Shown here in pieces: positions 33,957 to 52,200 of a stretch of DNA of 64,000 nucleotides. Within the stretch, counting starts at the first letter, position 1. Each line of letters opens with the position of its first letter. Where the stretch lies: NCBI RefSeq assembly GCF_009914755.1, contig NC_060929.1, one strand, 5' to 3'. The notes beneath the pieces are model-generated. The model was not told the origin of the DNA, did no database searches, and was given only the letters and a program-made list of their open reading frames with translations. The translations under genes were made by a program, and so were the position numbers. The stretch is from the human T2T-CHM13v2.0 reference genome, Homo sapiens.

Positions 33957-34383
33957 CTCTCCCTGTGTCTCATTATCCACCATGACTTCATTTACCATCT
34001 ATTTACACTAAAGCCTAAATGTAAATGATTTATTTACATCATATGTACTTTTCACTTAAGAAATTCAACACATATACGTGGCAACTACAAATGGGTAGAG
34101 AATTTTTTAAAAACAGTTAAAAATGCAAGTTAATACTCTTATTTTTCTACTTAATGATCATTTAGGACTCAACTAAAGAAACGGTAGTTTGTTCTAGTGC
34201 TAGACGACTGGCTTATTAAGAGATAGTATGTGAGTCTCCTTTGGAGGGGATCTTCCTAAATTAGAATTTCCAAAGATGATTTTTGCTATTTGCAGTTGTT
34301 GCCTAACACTGACTTTAGGACCTGCTCTTCATGAAAGATGTGATTCTGTATCTTTTCCATGAATTCTAGGTGCATAGATCTAA

Positions 34384-35007
<624 letters not shown>

Positions 35008-35599
35008 TAAGCCAGAAACCTGTGTATTATTCTTCTCTCCTTCCTCTCTTAGGCTTCATATCAGCTAGTCATTAAATTCTAGTATTCATTTTCCTAACTC
35101 TGAATCAATTTCCATCTTTGCTACAGCTATTGCTATCATCCTGCCTCCTAACTGATCTCCCTCTCATCAGTCTCAGTTTGTTCTCCATGTTGGGTACATG
35201 TTGCAAAAGTCTAAACTTCCCAGCATGCCACAGAGTCCTTCATATTCCCTGCTCATTTCATTCTTGGGCATTCATACTTTCATCAGTCCCCTCCTGACCC
35301 AATCTCCAGCTGTACATAAACTCTATATTTTAGTATTTCTCAACTGCTTGCAACCCCTAAATGTTTTCTCTCTTTTCTGTAATTAAGGCTCTGTCTGCCT
35401 AGACTATTTCTTCTGCTTTCCTGTCTGTGCCTTCTCTGCCCCGGCCTACCCCCAACACCCTTTGCCTATTTAAGTCCTGTTTATCCTTCAGGTGGCAGTT
35501 TAACCATCATTTTCTTTGAGGAGCATTATCTGAACTCACAAGTTTAGATTAAGTACTTATCTGTGAAGTCTTAGAGCTCCCTCTCTTACCTCATCATGT

Positions 35600-36499
<900 letters not shown>

Positions 36500-36741
36500 T
36501 TACTATGCTTCATCATGATGGCCTGTTTACTTGTCTGTGTTTCTCTTTAGACTTAAGTTCTTCAAGATCAAGAACTGTTTCTTCACCTGTTTGTTTTTAC
36601 AGGCTAACACAGTACTTAGCGTGTAATAGATACTTCATATAATAGATACTTGGTAAACATCTGTGGACTCATTTGATTATGGAATCATATAGAAATTTAA
36701 AACTAATGCACAGCAGCATCTCCATAAGCAGTATAGCATAT

Positions 36742-37007
36742 ATTTTTTTTGAGTCGGAGTCTCGCTCTGTCACCCAGGTTGAAGTACAGTGGCACGATCT
36801 CGGCTCACTGCAAGCTCTGCCTCTCAGCCTCCTGAGTAGCTGGGAGTACAGGCGCCCGCCACCACGCCTGGCTAATTTTTTGTATTTTTAGTAGAGATGG
36901 GCTTTCACTGTGTTAGCCAGGATGGTCTCGATTTCCTGACCTCATGATCCGCCCGCCTCGGCCTCCCAAAGTGCTGGGATTGCAGGTGTGAGCCACTGCA
37001 CCCGGCC
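36742..37007 (-). mobile_element. AluY-like with internal deletion
   Basis: caagctctgcctctcagcctcc lacks the usual ccgggttcacgccattctcctg segment. Confidence 0.92.
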
Positions 37008-38188
37008 TTATATATTTTTTTCTTATGAAATAACTGTTTGGGTTTTCAATATAGCCATCATGGACAATGTCAGAGATTACCAAAAAATGATGACTTTTAT
37101 AGCTTTATGATGCTTCTTATTTCATACTATTGAATAATACTATTGCAAACTTTATCTTATGGCAATATTTACTAAAATGTATATGTGGAGTCCTGTCAGA
37201 AAGACAGCTTTCCATGTGATTTGGGTTATTAGAACTCTAAAGTTGTTCATGAAGGAATGGACATGTATTGCAAATCTAAGTAACTTCCAATTGTAATTTT
37301 TTTCCGTAATAAATAGCTGTATAGCTATTATGTGATTTTAGAATAGCAGAATGCTTGATATGCAGTATAAACCCAGACTTTGGAAATAGAAGATTATACA
37401 TTCTGTTTATAGTCTGCATTAAATATACCGCATGATTTTATTTGGCTAAATTTGTTCAATTCTATGTATTTTGGAAATAAAAGCAACTCAAAAATAGGAA
37501 TCAACTAGAGTTTAAGGGATTTTTAAATATTATAGGTATTGTTACATTTTATTATTTCAATTACTGGGAGTTGATGGGTGGCAAGATAAGACGCACTGGT
37601 GGGAGTAAATTTGGGAAGATGAAGAATTCATGGCTTTTCAACCATAATTTAAGCTACTGGTTATGTGGTACTATACCTACATTTAAAAGTTGCCAAGTGT
37701 TGCCAACCGTGGTTGCCAAGACTGTACTGCACATAATAAGTACAAAATGTGTGAAAGAATTCAAGTAATATGTTAAATGTTTAATTCCCTTTTCAATCTT
37801 GGGGTGTTGGATGATCAATGAAAACAGAAGTATCTGGCAGGTACAGGCAACATTGTTAAGAAAGCTTTTCCTTACAGTCCTGCTGCATCTCACTTACACC
37901 TCCCACTCCCCAATGCACAGTTATTTCTCCATGCATAGAAAAGTACTTCATATGTACCTTTTTCATAGAAATTACCATTTGCATTCAAACTATTGGCATT
38001 GCGATTATTGTTTATATGTCTGCCTTCTCGCAATAAACTATAAAATCTTGAAAGCAAGTTATTATTGGGTTTAGCATTGTGCGTAAGACATAATAGATAT
38101 TTCATAGTAGATGTTTGGTGAATTGAGAATAGGAATTAGAATCTTGGTATACATTCTTAAATATATATGGTTGACAGAGTTCAACTGA

Positions 38189-38470
<282 letters not shown>

Positions 38471-38594
38471 TCAAATGAGTTTTTAAACATAGGTATGCCA
38501 ATTTGTAGTTAATAAGTATTAACTCTTGTTAGATCTTTTAAACTTCTCTTCAGAGTATTTTATTGCCTGGATATTTACCAGCATAACTAAAAAT

Positions 38595-38899
<305 letters not shown>

Positions 38900-39301
38900 A
38901 AAAATGTTTTAAAGTTAAAAAATCTTAGGTGAATATTTTAAAATTATGGGATATTATGAAAAGTCAGTTGAAGAAGTACTGGTTTTGTGTCTCGTTTTCT
39001 TGTTGATTAGGTTGGTTCTGTGATTAAAAGCAAATTGCCTATATAATTCTGATAGTACTTATTAAAAAGTCATTGACTTAGGCTTTTAGGTAACTATTCA
39101 TAATTTATAAGGGAAGCCAGTGGGAGTTTTAATTACTTGTTCTGTTCTAGTAGTCTGCAGTTTTATTGACTCGATTTGGATGAATCTTACAATAAATAAT
39201 TGTTGAGTTTTTCCTAAACAGTATGAGGGCCTGTAAAAGCATAAATTGAATAACAAGCAGACTATTTTCTTCATTAAGCTAACCACAATGAAAATTTTTG
39301 T

Positions 39302-39593
<292 letters not shown>

Positions 39594-39882
39594 GAAAATT
39601 TTTGTGTGTATGTGTGTGTATACACCTGTGCCTGTGTGTATTGTAATTTATTTTTATGTGTCCTTTTGTGCTTTTATGCATATGTTTTTTGTTATGTCAC
39701 ATTTCTGAGTTGATAGTTTTTTCTTTTGTTTTGAAACTATTGGAATTTTCTATTAATTTTAAGCAAATTGCCAAGTACATTAAATTTGTAGACATCCATT
39801 TTTAAAATTGTATTTTAAAATGGCATTGCTTTGCTGACTAGTATAGAATATTTTCAGTTTTTCTTTTATTAACAAATAATAT

Positions 39883-40199
<317 letters not shown>

Positions 40200-40331
40200 C
40201 TCAAATAATCTCTAGTTATAGTAACTTATTACTAAATCTTTCCTTGATTTGAATCTGATTTCAGAAAAATGATTGCATTAGAACAGGCCATAGGTAGCAA
40301 ACTTTACTGTAGTTGTTCAGGAAAATGAATT

Positions 40332-40979
<648 letters not shown>

Positions 40980-41417
40980 TAAATTCTAAGAGTCTCCTTC
41001 TCTATCCCATCTGCTCATTTACCACTGCTTACCCCACTCCCAAAAAATCATTATTAGTTTCTTATGCTTGGAGTCCGTTTATGCATATTTAAGAAAATAT
41101 ATTATTCTTGCCCATTTTTCCACAGAGGAGGCATACTAATTGTAATTTTCATGTTGCTTTCAATTTTTTAACTTTCCATTAAAATTTTCACACATGCAGA
41201 AAAGTGGAGTGCTGTGAATCTATAAACCTACCACCTAGATTTAACATGGTTAGTGGTTAGTATTTTGCTGGTTTTGCTTATTTTGCATATATATGTATAT
41301 AAATGAGCAAAAGGCATATATTTGAGTATGTATAGATTAGCAACAGACAAACACATATATTGATCTAAGCCATCTGAAACTCAATTATAAATATCATGGT
41401 ATTCCATCCCTAAATAC

Positions 41418-41786
<369 letters not shown>

Positions 41787-41873
41787 TAATAATTACTTGT
41801 TTAGGTTGAAGGTGCCTTTGAGGAAGAGAAGACTAGAGGCAGAGAGGCCAATTATTAATAAGTGATTGTTGTA

Positions 41874-42115
41874 CAGGCATGCTTTGGAGATACTGCAGGT
41901 TTGGTTCCAGACCACCACTAGATTGTGCAAATACCATGGTAAAGCGAGTCACACAAATTTTTTGGTTTCCCAGTGATAAAAGTTATTTTTCCACCACACT
42001 GTAGACTGTTAAGTGTGCAGTAGCATTATGTCTAAAAAACAGTGTACGTACCCTAATTTAAAAATTCTTTACTGCTCAGCTCAAGAATGTTAACGATCAT
42101 CTGAGCCTTCAGTGG
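41874..42115 (-). mobile_element. Tigger1 terminal fragment
   Basis: TA+caggcatgctttggagatactgcaggtttggttccagaccacc; closely matches 61878-62110. Confidence 0.85.
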
Positions 42116-43434
42116 GGTTCTCTTTCCTCTCTTGCCTTCCTATGAATTGGTCCTGCTTGTGACTAGAGGGAAAGAAGTGAACATTTGTTTCTCCGCACAC
42201 CAGCTCCTTCATGCCAATTACTTAACTAGTTATTTAATTCTACCAGTAATTATTTGCGGTATTATTATCCTTATTTTTGCAGATGAGGAAATTGAAGTGC
42301 AGAGTTGTGAAATAATTTGTTCAAGATCATATTGCTCTTAAGTGGCAGATCTGGAATTTTCACGAGTCTGACTGACTGTGAAGTTACTACATGACTGTTA
42401 TCCAGTTTGTTTCATGAAGTGAAAAATATATGAATGCTGGTAATTTTTGTTTTCTTCTGCATGTATTCATTATTCTTAATGATGTGATCATCAGCCTTTT
42501 AAAAAACAATATGTCAGTCCATTTGCAAATACACCACTCTTAGGCACTTTATTTTTGAATTGAAGTATGCAACTTGTACCAACTAGCTTTCCCTTTGATG
42601 TAATATTGCCAAACAATGAAATATCATGTCTTATATTGTCACCATATTTTATTTTTGAATTCACTTTTTATTTTATTTTTAATATATTTTTTATACAAAT
42701 GTAATCTCAGTGGTTTTAGGGCTGATACAGAGAAGTTTTAGACCAAAAGATTCCTAAACCGAAGCAAAAAGTGACAAGTTGGAACACTTGAAAGTGAAGA
42801 GAAAATGCATAGCCATCTTAAAAAAAAAATTAGGAGGTGATCTGTCCAAGATGACACAGTAGCATTAGAGCAGTTGTGAAGCAGATCATCTAATGGCTTT
42901 TTGACCCCTTCTGACCTTCAAAAGCGTAAGAAAATAAATTATTCTGCCCTTAAAGACCAAAACGTAGGTTTTTAAGAGCAACATCTTGATTCATTTGAAA
43001 ATAGTAAACTCTCAAGCTGTAACACTCCCAACCTCAGTCAATGTAAAACAGACATCATACAATTTAAATTCTCGTATGGTAGTCCCTAGAGAAGCACTTG
43101 AATAGAGAATTGCTTATCAAACTGTGTCAGTCAGGATCCTAAACCCCAAAATACCTGTAGCTTAAAATAACAGAGATTTATTTCTTGTTCATGTTGCATT
43201 TCCCTTGTGGGACAGTCAGGAATGCTACTCCGTGTATCCTCACTTGGGAACTCAGACTAACTACTGTTGGTTACTGGGATGTAGGAAAAGAGGCAGTTAG
43301 GCATTGACTTCTAAAGCTACTGCTGGATAATGTCATTTCCCCTTATACTTCACTAATTTAGGTAAGTTACGTTCCTACACCTAACCAAGAAGTGGCAATG
43401 GGAGTGTAGTCTCAAAATACGATTAGAAGGAGAA

Positions 43435-43859
43435 TATGATTAATACTGAGTGTCACCTTGATTGGATTGAAGGATGCAAAGTATTGATCCTGGGTGTGTC
43501 TGTGAGGGTGTTGCCAAAGGAGATTAACATTTGAGTCAGTGGGCTGGGAAAGGCAGACCCACCCGTAATCTGGGTGGGCACCATCTAATCAGCTGCCAGT
43601 GTGGCTAGACTGTAAAGCAGGCTGAAAAACATGGAAAGACTAGACTGGCCTAGCCTCCCAGCCATACATCTTTCTCCCGTGGTGGATGCTTCCTGCCCTT
43701 GAACATCAGACTCCAAGTTCTTCATTTTTGGGACTCGGGTTGGCTTTCCTTGCTCCTCAACTTGCAGATGGCTTATTGTGGGACCTTGTGATGGTGTGAG
43801 TTAATACTTAATAAACTCCCTTGTTAGTTGTGTCCCTCTAGAGAACCCTGACTAATACA
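43435..43859 (+). mobile_element. Solo MLT2A (HERV-L) LTR
   Basis: ttaatactgagtgtca..ttgattggattgaaggatgcaaagtattgatcctgggtgtgtctgtgagggtgttgccaaaggag..gaaccctgactaataca; perfect 5-bp TSD gagaa (43430-43434 and 43860-43864). Confidence 0.9.
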
Positions 43860-44589
43860 GAGAAGAACTGGAATATGGGTGCCCAGCTGGAATGACTAAC
43901 AAGCCTTTTGAGGAATATAGAGAATTACGCATGATTGATTGGTAGAATGATTTTTTTAAAAAAATGCCAAATAGCTTTGAAGTAATCCTGTTTTGATTGA
44001 ATTAAGGGTCTTGTTGCTGAAAGGTGAACTAGGCAGTTTAGCCAGAAATGTCCAGTAGAGGAGTAAACTGGTTAATTGGACATCCTTTTCCTTGTGTTTT
44101 GTCTGTTACATTTTCATAAGCATATTTAAGATTTGCTCTTATGTGCTTGCTTATAACATAAATCTATTAATAAAGATTCACAGTTATCAACTATTTTTAT
44201 GTAGAACATGTTGGATAATGATGCTATGCAAAGTCTAAAAAATCAAGAGGTTAATAATTGGTAGGACATATAACAAAAACTATCTCATATTTTGTGTTAC
44301 ATAGGCAAGCACTAGTAGTTTTTAAAAAGTATATAATTTGGGAAAATTTGTTCCATGAGGCAGTACAAATGAATAATCATATTGAAGTTCAACAGCTTAA
44401 TTCTGGACTTCTGAAATTTTCCAAGGAGATGAGTGATTAATAGATACAAACATACTATTTTTATGTACATATGTGAAGAGACTGTCTCTAGGCAGTTATA
44501 AATCTTCTTCATCTTTGACAAACTTTTGCATATGTGTCTTTATTGGTGTTGTAAACCAGGGATTATCTGTTTCTTCACAAGGCATGCTC

Positions 44590-47500
44590 TTTTTAAAATA
44601 TTGTCGTGGTTTATACATACTATGAAATTTACCATTTTAACTATTTTTAAGTATATTTCATTGGCATTAAGTACATTCACATTGTTGTGCAACCATTACC
44701 ATCATATATCTCCAGAACTTTTTCATCTTCTAAAACTGAAGTCTGTACCCATTACACAGTAATTCTCTATTCTTCTCTCTCATAAGCCCCTGGCAACTAC
44801 CATTTTACTTTCTGTTTCTGTGAGTTTGACTACTTTAGATACCCCATATAAATAGAATCATATACTATTCTTTTGTGATTGGCTTATTTCACTTATCACA
44901 ATGTCTTCATGGTTCTTCCATGGTGTAGCATATATCATAATCTGCTTCCATTTAAGGCAAAATAATATTCAATTGTATGTATATACCACATTTTGTTTAC
45001 ACATTCATCTGCCAGTGGACAGTAGGGTTGCTTCTGTCTTTTGGCTGCTGTGAATAATGCTGCTATAATCATGAGTGTACAGATATCTGTTCTAGTCCCT
45101 GCTTTAGTTTGTCTGAATATAAATCCCAAAGTGAAGCTGCTGGATTATATGGTAATTTTATTTTAAATATTTTGAGGAATCACACTACTGTTTTCTGTAA
45201 TGGCTGTGTCATTTTACATTCCCACCAGCAGTGAGCAAGTGTTCCATTTTCTTCACATCCTTGCCAGTACTTGCTACTTTTTGTTTGTTTTTTTTGGGGG
45301 GGGGGGGGTGATAATAACTATCGTAATAAATATGAAGTGGTATCTTATGGTTTTCTTTTTCATTTCCCTAGCACTCTTTTGCATGTTTTTGTGTGGACAT
45401 ATGATTTCAGCTCATTTGGGTAAATACCTAGGAGCACAGTTGCTGATCCTATGTTAAAACTATGTTTTAGCTTTGTAGAAAACTGCCAGACTGTCTTCCA
45501 AATTGGCTGTACCATTTCGCATTCCCACCAGCGATGAATGAGACTTCTGTTCTCTTCATCCTTTCTCAAATTTGGTGTGGTATTTTGGATTTTAGCCATT
45601 CTAATAGGTGTGTAGCACTGTCATTTTAATTTATAATTTCCTAATGACATATGATATTGAGCACTTTTTCATATACTTATTTATCATCTGTATATCTTCT
45701 TTGGTGAGGTGTCTGTTTAGATCTTTTGCCCACTTTTCAGTTGGGTTGTTTGTTTTCTTATTGATGAGTTTTGTTGTTGTTGTTGTTTTGAGACGGGATC
45801 TCGCTCTGTTGCCCAGGCTGGAGTGCAGTGTGGCGCAATCTTGGCTCACTGTAACCTCTGCCTCCCAGGTTCAGGTGATTCACCTGCCACAGCCTCTTGA
45901 GTAGCTGGAATTACAGGCACGTGCCACCATGCCTGGCGAATTTTTTGTATTTTTAGTAGAGATGAGGGGGTGTGGCAGATTTCACCATGTTGGCCAGGCT
46001 GGTCTTGACCTCCTGACCTCAAGTGATCCGCCCGCCTCGGCCTCCCAAAGTGCTGGGATTACAGGTGTGAGCCGCTGCGCCCGGCATTGTTGAGTTTTAA
46101 GAGTTCTTTGTTTATTGTAGATAAAGTTTCTTAATCAGATATATAGTTTGCAGATATTTTCTCCTAGCATGTGGCTTGTCTTTTCATTCTTTTAATATTA
46201 ATAGTATCTTTCACAGAGCTAAAGCTGTTAATTTCAATGAAGTCCAACTTATTTATTTTTCATGGATCATTTTTTTGGCATTGTATCTGAAAACTCAGTA
46301 CCAAACCCAAGGTCACCTAGATTTTCTCTTACATTATCTTTGAGAAATTTGATTGTTTTGCTTCCTACATTTAGGTTCATGAGCCATTTTCAGTTAATTT
46401 CTGTGAAAGGTGTAATGTCACTGTGTAGATTAAGTTTTTGCATGTGGATGTCTGGTTGTACCAGCATCATTTATTGAAGAGACTGTCATTATTGGATTGC
46501 CCTTGTTTCTTTCTGAGAGATCAGTTGACTATATTTGAATAGTCTATTTCTGTTCCATTCATCTATTTATTTTATAGCTAATACCACAGTCCTTATTACT
46601 ATAGCTGTGCAGTGTGTAGTAAGTCTTAAAGTCGGGTAATAACAGTTTTCTGACTTCATTCTTCAGTATTGCATTGGCTATTTTGAGTCTTTTGTCTTTC
46701 CATATGAATTTTAGAATCATGCCTGGAATAAATCCTGCTTGGTCATGGTATATAAATCTTTTCATGCATTGTTGAATTTAGTGCTAATATCTGTTAAGAA
46801 TTTTTGCATCTATATTTATAAGAGAATTAGTCTATAGTTTTCCTTTCCTGTAATGCCTTTATCTAGTTTTGATGTTTGGGTAATGCTGGTCCCATAGAAT
46901 GAGGTACTACATGCTTCTATTTCCTAGAAGAGATTGTAGAGATTTAGTGTCATTTCTTCCTTAAATATTTGGTAGAATTCACCAGGAAACATCTGGACGT
47001 TATGGTTTCTTTTTTTGGAAGGTTATTATTGATTCATTATCTTTAATAGATATAGGCCTGTCCCGATTATTGCTCCTTGTGAGAGTTTTAGTAATTCCTG
47101 TTTTTCAAATAATTAGCCCATTTCATTTAAGTTATCAAATTTGTGAGCTTAGAGTTGTTCATAATATTTCCCTGTTTTTTTAATGTCCGTGGGATCAGGA
47201 GTGATGATACCTGTTTCATTTTATATATTAGGGCTTTGTCTCTCTCTCTCTCTCTCTCTCATCTGTCTGTTTCTCTTTTTTGTTAACCTGACTAAAGGTT
47301 TATCAGTTTTAATGCTCTTTTCAAAGAACAGCTTTTGGTTTTGTTTATTTTTCTTTACCAATTTCCTATTTACAATTTCATTGATGTTTACTATAATTTT
47401 TTTTATCTTCTTCTTGCCTTAGGTTTATGTTGCCCTTTTTTTTTTTTCTAGTTTCCTGTGGTGGAAGCTTAGATTATTGAATTTAGTTAGACCTTTCTTC

Positions 47501-48370
47501 TTTTCTAATATATGCATTCAGAGCTATAAGTTTTTCTCTAAGCACTGTTTTTGGTGCATCCCACAAATTTTGAACATTGTATTTTCATTTTCATTTAGTT
47601 CAAAATATTTTAAAATTTTTCTTGAGACTTTTTTGACCCATGAGTTATTTAGAAGTGTATTGTTTGATCTCCAAGTAATTGGAGATTTTCTAGTTTTCTG
47701 TTACTGATTTCTAGTTTAATTCCATTGCTGACTGAGAGCTTGCATTGTGTGGTTTCTATTCTTTTAAATTAGTTAAGGTATGTTTTATGTCCCAGAATGT
47801 GGCCCATCTTGGTGAATGTTTCACTTGAGTTTGAGCAGAATGTGTCTTTTGCCATTGTTAGATAAAGCAGTTGACAGATGCCAGTTATATCCAGTTAATT
47901 GATTGTGCTGTTTACTTCAACCATATTCTTAACTGATACTCTGTCTACTGGCTCTGTCAATTACTATTCGAAGAATGTTGAAGTGTCCCACAATAATAAT
48001 GCATTTCTCCTTGTAGTTTCATCAGTGTTTGCATAGCATATTTTGACATTTTCTTGTTAGGTACATACACACTAACGATTGTTACATCTTGTTGGAGAAC
48101 TGACCCCTTTATCACTATCACCTTCTTCATCCCTGATAATTTTTCTTGTTCTGGAGTCCCGTTTGTCTGAGATTAATTTAGCTGTGGAAGCAAGATTTGA
48201 CTAGTGTTAACATGCTATGTCTTTTTCCATCCCTTTACTTTTAGTCTGTGTCTTTATAATTAAAAGTGGGTTTCTTTTCAGTAATATGTAGTTGTGTCTT
48301 ATTTTTTAATCTACTCCGATAACTCTCTTTTAATTGGTATATTTAGACTATTTGCATTTAAAGTGATTAT
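44590..48370 (-). mobile_element. Antisense L1 fragments (L1MB-like 44590-45365; longer L1M 45380-48370)
   Basis: Standard L1 3'UTR/ORF2 motifs on the minus strand. ORFs 45631..45849 ([22 protein letters not shown]) and 46559..46765 are ORF2 remnants. Confidence 0.85.
45768..46085 (-). mobile_element. Alu (AluS-like) within L1
   Basis: (TTG)n tail; TSD attg(a/t)tgagtttt. Confidence 0.93.
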
Positions 48371-48702
48371 TGATATCATTAATATTAATGTCTATTGTGC
48401 TCATATCATCTGCATTCCCTCTCCCTTTTTGGAATGATTTTTCTTTTGCTTTGTAAGCATTTTTTATGTATCCTACAGATTAGTCTTTTATCTACTATAT
48501 GTTTTACTTATTATCTCTGATTTTTCCTTTATATGAATTTGTTGTTCAGAAATTATTTTTCATTCCTAGTTTGTGGATATTTTGCCTTAATTTGGAAGAC
48601 TTTAACCACTCAAAAGTTATTAAAACAAACCTCTTTTATACATTATCTCAGTATTTTTTTACACACAGATACACATACATTGCATTTGTATATACGTATG
48701 TC

Positions 48703-48739
<37 letters not shown>
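48703..48739. repeat. (TG)n microsatellite
   Basis: tgtgtttgtgtgtg...tgtgt. Confidence 0.92.
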
Positions 48740-48744
<5 letters not shown>

Positions 48745-49988
48745 CGTTGATTTTTAAATCCATCTGGAATTCTTTGGTACATGATGTAATTCTTTTAGAA
48801 AGGGATTCAGACATTATGCTTCCATGAAAGGATGGCCAGTTGTCTCAATATTATTTATTGAATAGCCCACCTTTTCACCACTGATTTAAAATTGTATTTT
48901 TATTATGTAATAAATCTACAGATCTGCATAGTCTGCTTTTGTACTCTGATCTGTACTATTTGTTTAATGTATATGTCTGTGCCTGGGCATATACAGGTAT
49001 TTTAATTACAGTAGTCTGTTACCTGGCAAGGAAATCTTACTTTATTATTGTTTTTCAAATTTCCTTGGTTATTTTTTATGAATTTTTTCTTCTCATGAGA
49101 CTCACCTAATTTTATAAAAATTCTATTAGGATTTGTATTACTATTGTATTTAATTTATAAGTTAATAATTGACATCTTTGTGGTAAATTGTTTCCAGTTA
49201 TTAATAACACATGTCAAAGGATAGCAACACAGTTTCTTCCATTAAGGCATTCCAAGCCAGTAGACGTATTCTTCTGTGGCCAAGGTAGCTCAATGATTTG
49301 ACCTTCTTAAATGTGAACATTTCATATGTTCCTTGTGTTTTGTAATATAATTACTGTCATCACCATGACATCTTTATTTCTTATTCTTCTCTCATGTATA
49401 TTTATTTTGATAACCTGTTGCTATAAATGTAGATACATTTCTTTCTCCTTTACATTTTCCGTCACACCCTCCGGTTTCTTTGTTAGCATCCTCCAGTATC
49501 TTGCCCACATTCTCCTACTTATTACTCTTCAATTCCATTTCAGAGTCTGTTACGTGAACATAATTACCCTTATCCCTCTTGCACAAATCTTTCTTTAATC
49601 TGTTGGATGACTCTGAAAGGATTAGTTTCAGTTTGGGGCTTGAGCTGTGTCCAGACACACAACTGCTATTAGTTCCTACCATAGTTCTACCTGGTTCAGA
49701 AGAATGAGAAAAATAATCCTTACTTTTTCCTCCTCTATGAGCAGGAGGTGCTTACTTTTTACTGATTTGACCAGCTAAACATTTTAAGATAATATTCAGT
49801 ACTGTAGATGAAGATTAGAAATTACTGCAAAAACTTTAAGTGAGAATAAAAGAATTTGTGGTGTTCTAAAGAGATTTTAAACAAATTATCTTCACTATTG
49901 TTTTCTCTAATTTAAACAAAGCATTTGTGGGTTCTTTTCTTTTACTTTTACTCAGTCTGTCTTTCCAGAATGTTAAAATGGTCCCTTA

Positions 49989-50389
<401 letters not shown>

Positions 50390-50804
50390 TTAAATTTTCT
50401 TTATTGATTCAAGATATTGAAAAGCTTCAAGATTATTAACTTGAAAGTTTTCAAAGGTTTAATATCAACACATTTCAGGTGTGAGGAAATTACTGTGGCA
50501 TGGAGAATATGTATATATTTTATTTCAATTAAAACTCTCAGTAATATTTCCTTATGGCTTAGCATGGAAATACTTTATGATATAAGGTGAGTCTGGGTTA
50601 ATTTAATTTGTAATAAATTGACAACAAACGTAATTAGTTCTAATCAAAAGGCTAAAGATTGACTCCATAATGGTTTTTATAAGATTAGGAGTTTTATTTT
50701 GTCTAAAAGTCCAACACATTATTTCTGGTCCTTTGAAATTACTGGTTCAATTTTAATGTTTATAAAATCATATTCAGTTATTTATAGGGATGTTTTTAAA
50801 TCTA

Positions 50805-51297
50805 TAGCTGGACACAGACCATCCCAATAGTTGCTTAAAACAACAGTAGTCTTCTGTTTTGCTTACAAATGTACAATTTGGGCAGGTTTTGCCAGGGAAG
50901 TTTGTCTGCTCCATGTGGTGTCTGCTGGGATAGCTCAACTTCCACTAGAGGTTTCATGTCCAACATACCTCACCCACATGGCTGGCAAAGTGCTATTGGC
51001 TGTCAATTCCTCTTCACAAGGACCTCTCTGTGGGACAGCTTGGTCTTTTTTACAACTTGGTGGCTGGGTTCCAAAAGTGAAACATCCTAAGAAACAATAT
51101 TCTAAGAGACAGGGAGTGAAAACAGATAGTTTCTTAAGGTCTGATGCTGGAAACACACATAACCTCAGTTTAACTTTCTCATATTGATCAAGGAATCACA
51201 GAGCTCCGATTTTAGGAGAACAGGATACAGACTTCAGCTCTTAATGGGAGGGAGGAGCGTCAAAGAAATTTGGAGTCACAGTTTCAAACTGCTACAA
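50805..51297 (-). mobile_element. Old MaLR LTR (MLT1-type)
   Basis: cccaatagttgcttaaaacaac..aatttgggcagg..ctcacccacatggctggcaa..ctcttaatgggagg. Confidence 0.6.
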
Positions 51298-51469
51298 GGA
51301 ATATGGGAATTTTACTAAATTATTCTTAGTTGATAGGTAGTTTCAAAAGGGACATAGTATTAGTACGTTGGGTCAGTAGTGTTGTTTAGATACTATTTTT
51401 CAGTGTAATGTTTTAAAAATCTTCACTGTTTAAGACTTTTTGAAAAGTGTATTTTGAAGTGTTAAAAAC

Positions 51470-52200
51470 AATATTTACAAGATCTATATGAAGAAAATTA
51501 GAAAACTCTGAGGAAGGATATCAAAGAAGATCCTAATGGATACATGGATAGGAAGACGCTAAGCATCATCCATGAACGAAAAATGCATCAGTTAGGCTTC
51601 ATTAAGATTAAAAGCTTCTGCTCTGTGAAAGACACTCTAAAGAGAATGAAAGGACAAGCCACAGACTAGGAAGATATATTTGCAAAACACATATCTCATA
51701 AAGAACTATATCTACAGTTAACAAATAATTCTTAAAATTCAACAATAAGAAAACAAGCAACCCAATTAAAAAGTGGGCAAAAGATCTAAGCAGATAACTC
51801 ACCAAAGAAGATATACAGATGACTAATAATCATATGAAAATATGTTCAACGTCATATGTCATTCGGGAATTACAAATTAAAACAACAATGAAATAGTACT
51901 ACACACCTGTTAGAACGACTGCAATCCAAAATACTGACCACACCAAATGCTGGCAAGGATGAAGAGAGCAAGAAGTCTCATTTATTGTTGGTGACAATGC
52001 AAAATGGTACAGCACTTTGGAAGAGTCTGGCAGTTTCCTACAAAGCTAAAACATAGTCTTAACGTATGATCAGCAGTTGTGCTCCTGGGTATTTACCCAA
52101 ACAAGTGGCAAATTTAATGTCCACACAAAAACCTGCACATGAATGTTTTTAGCAAAATAACCCCAATGTTCATCAGTGGATGAAGAAAGAAAGAAAATGT
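51470..52200 (+). mobile_element. Sense L1M fragment
   Basis: acccaattaaaaagtgggcaaaagatct..caccaaagaagatatacagatg..gtccacacaaaaacctgcac. Confidence 0.85.

Noticed and set aside
45296-45308. G13 homopolymer as a G-quadruplex element
   Set aside because: An isolated run inside an L1 next to a T tract; most likely slippage.
49180-49880. Unclassified unique-looking segment with a 90-aa hydrophobic ORF
   Set aside because: T-rich composition explains the ORF. No TSD, poly-A or homology is evident by eye; a database search would be needed.
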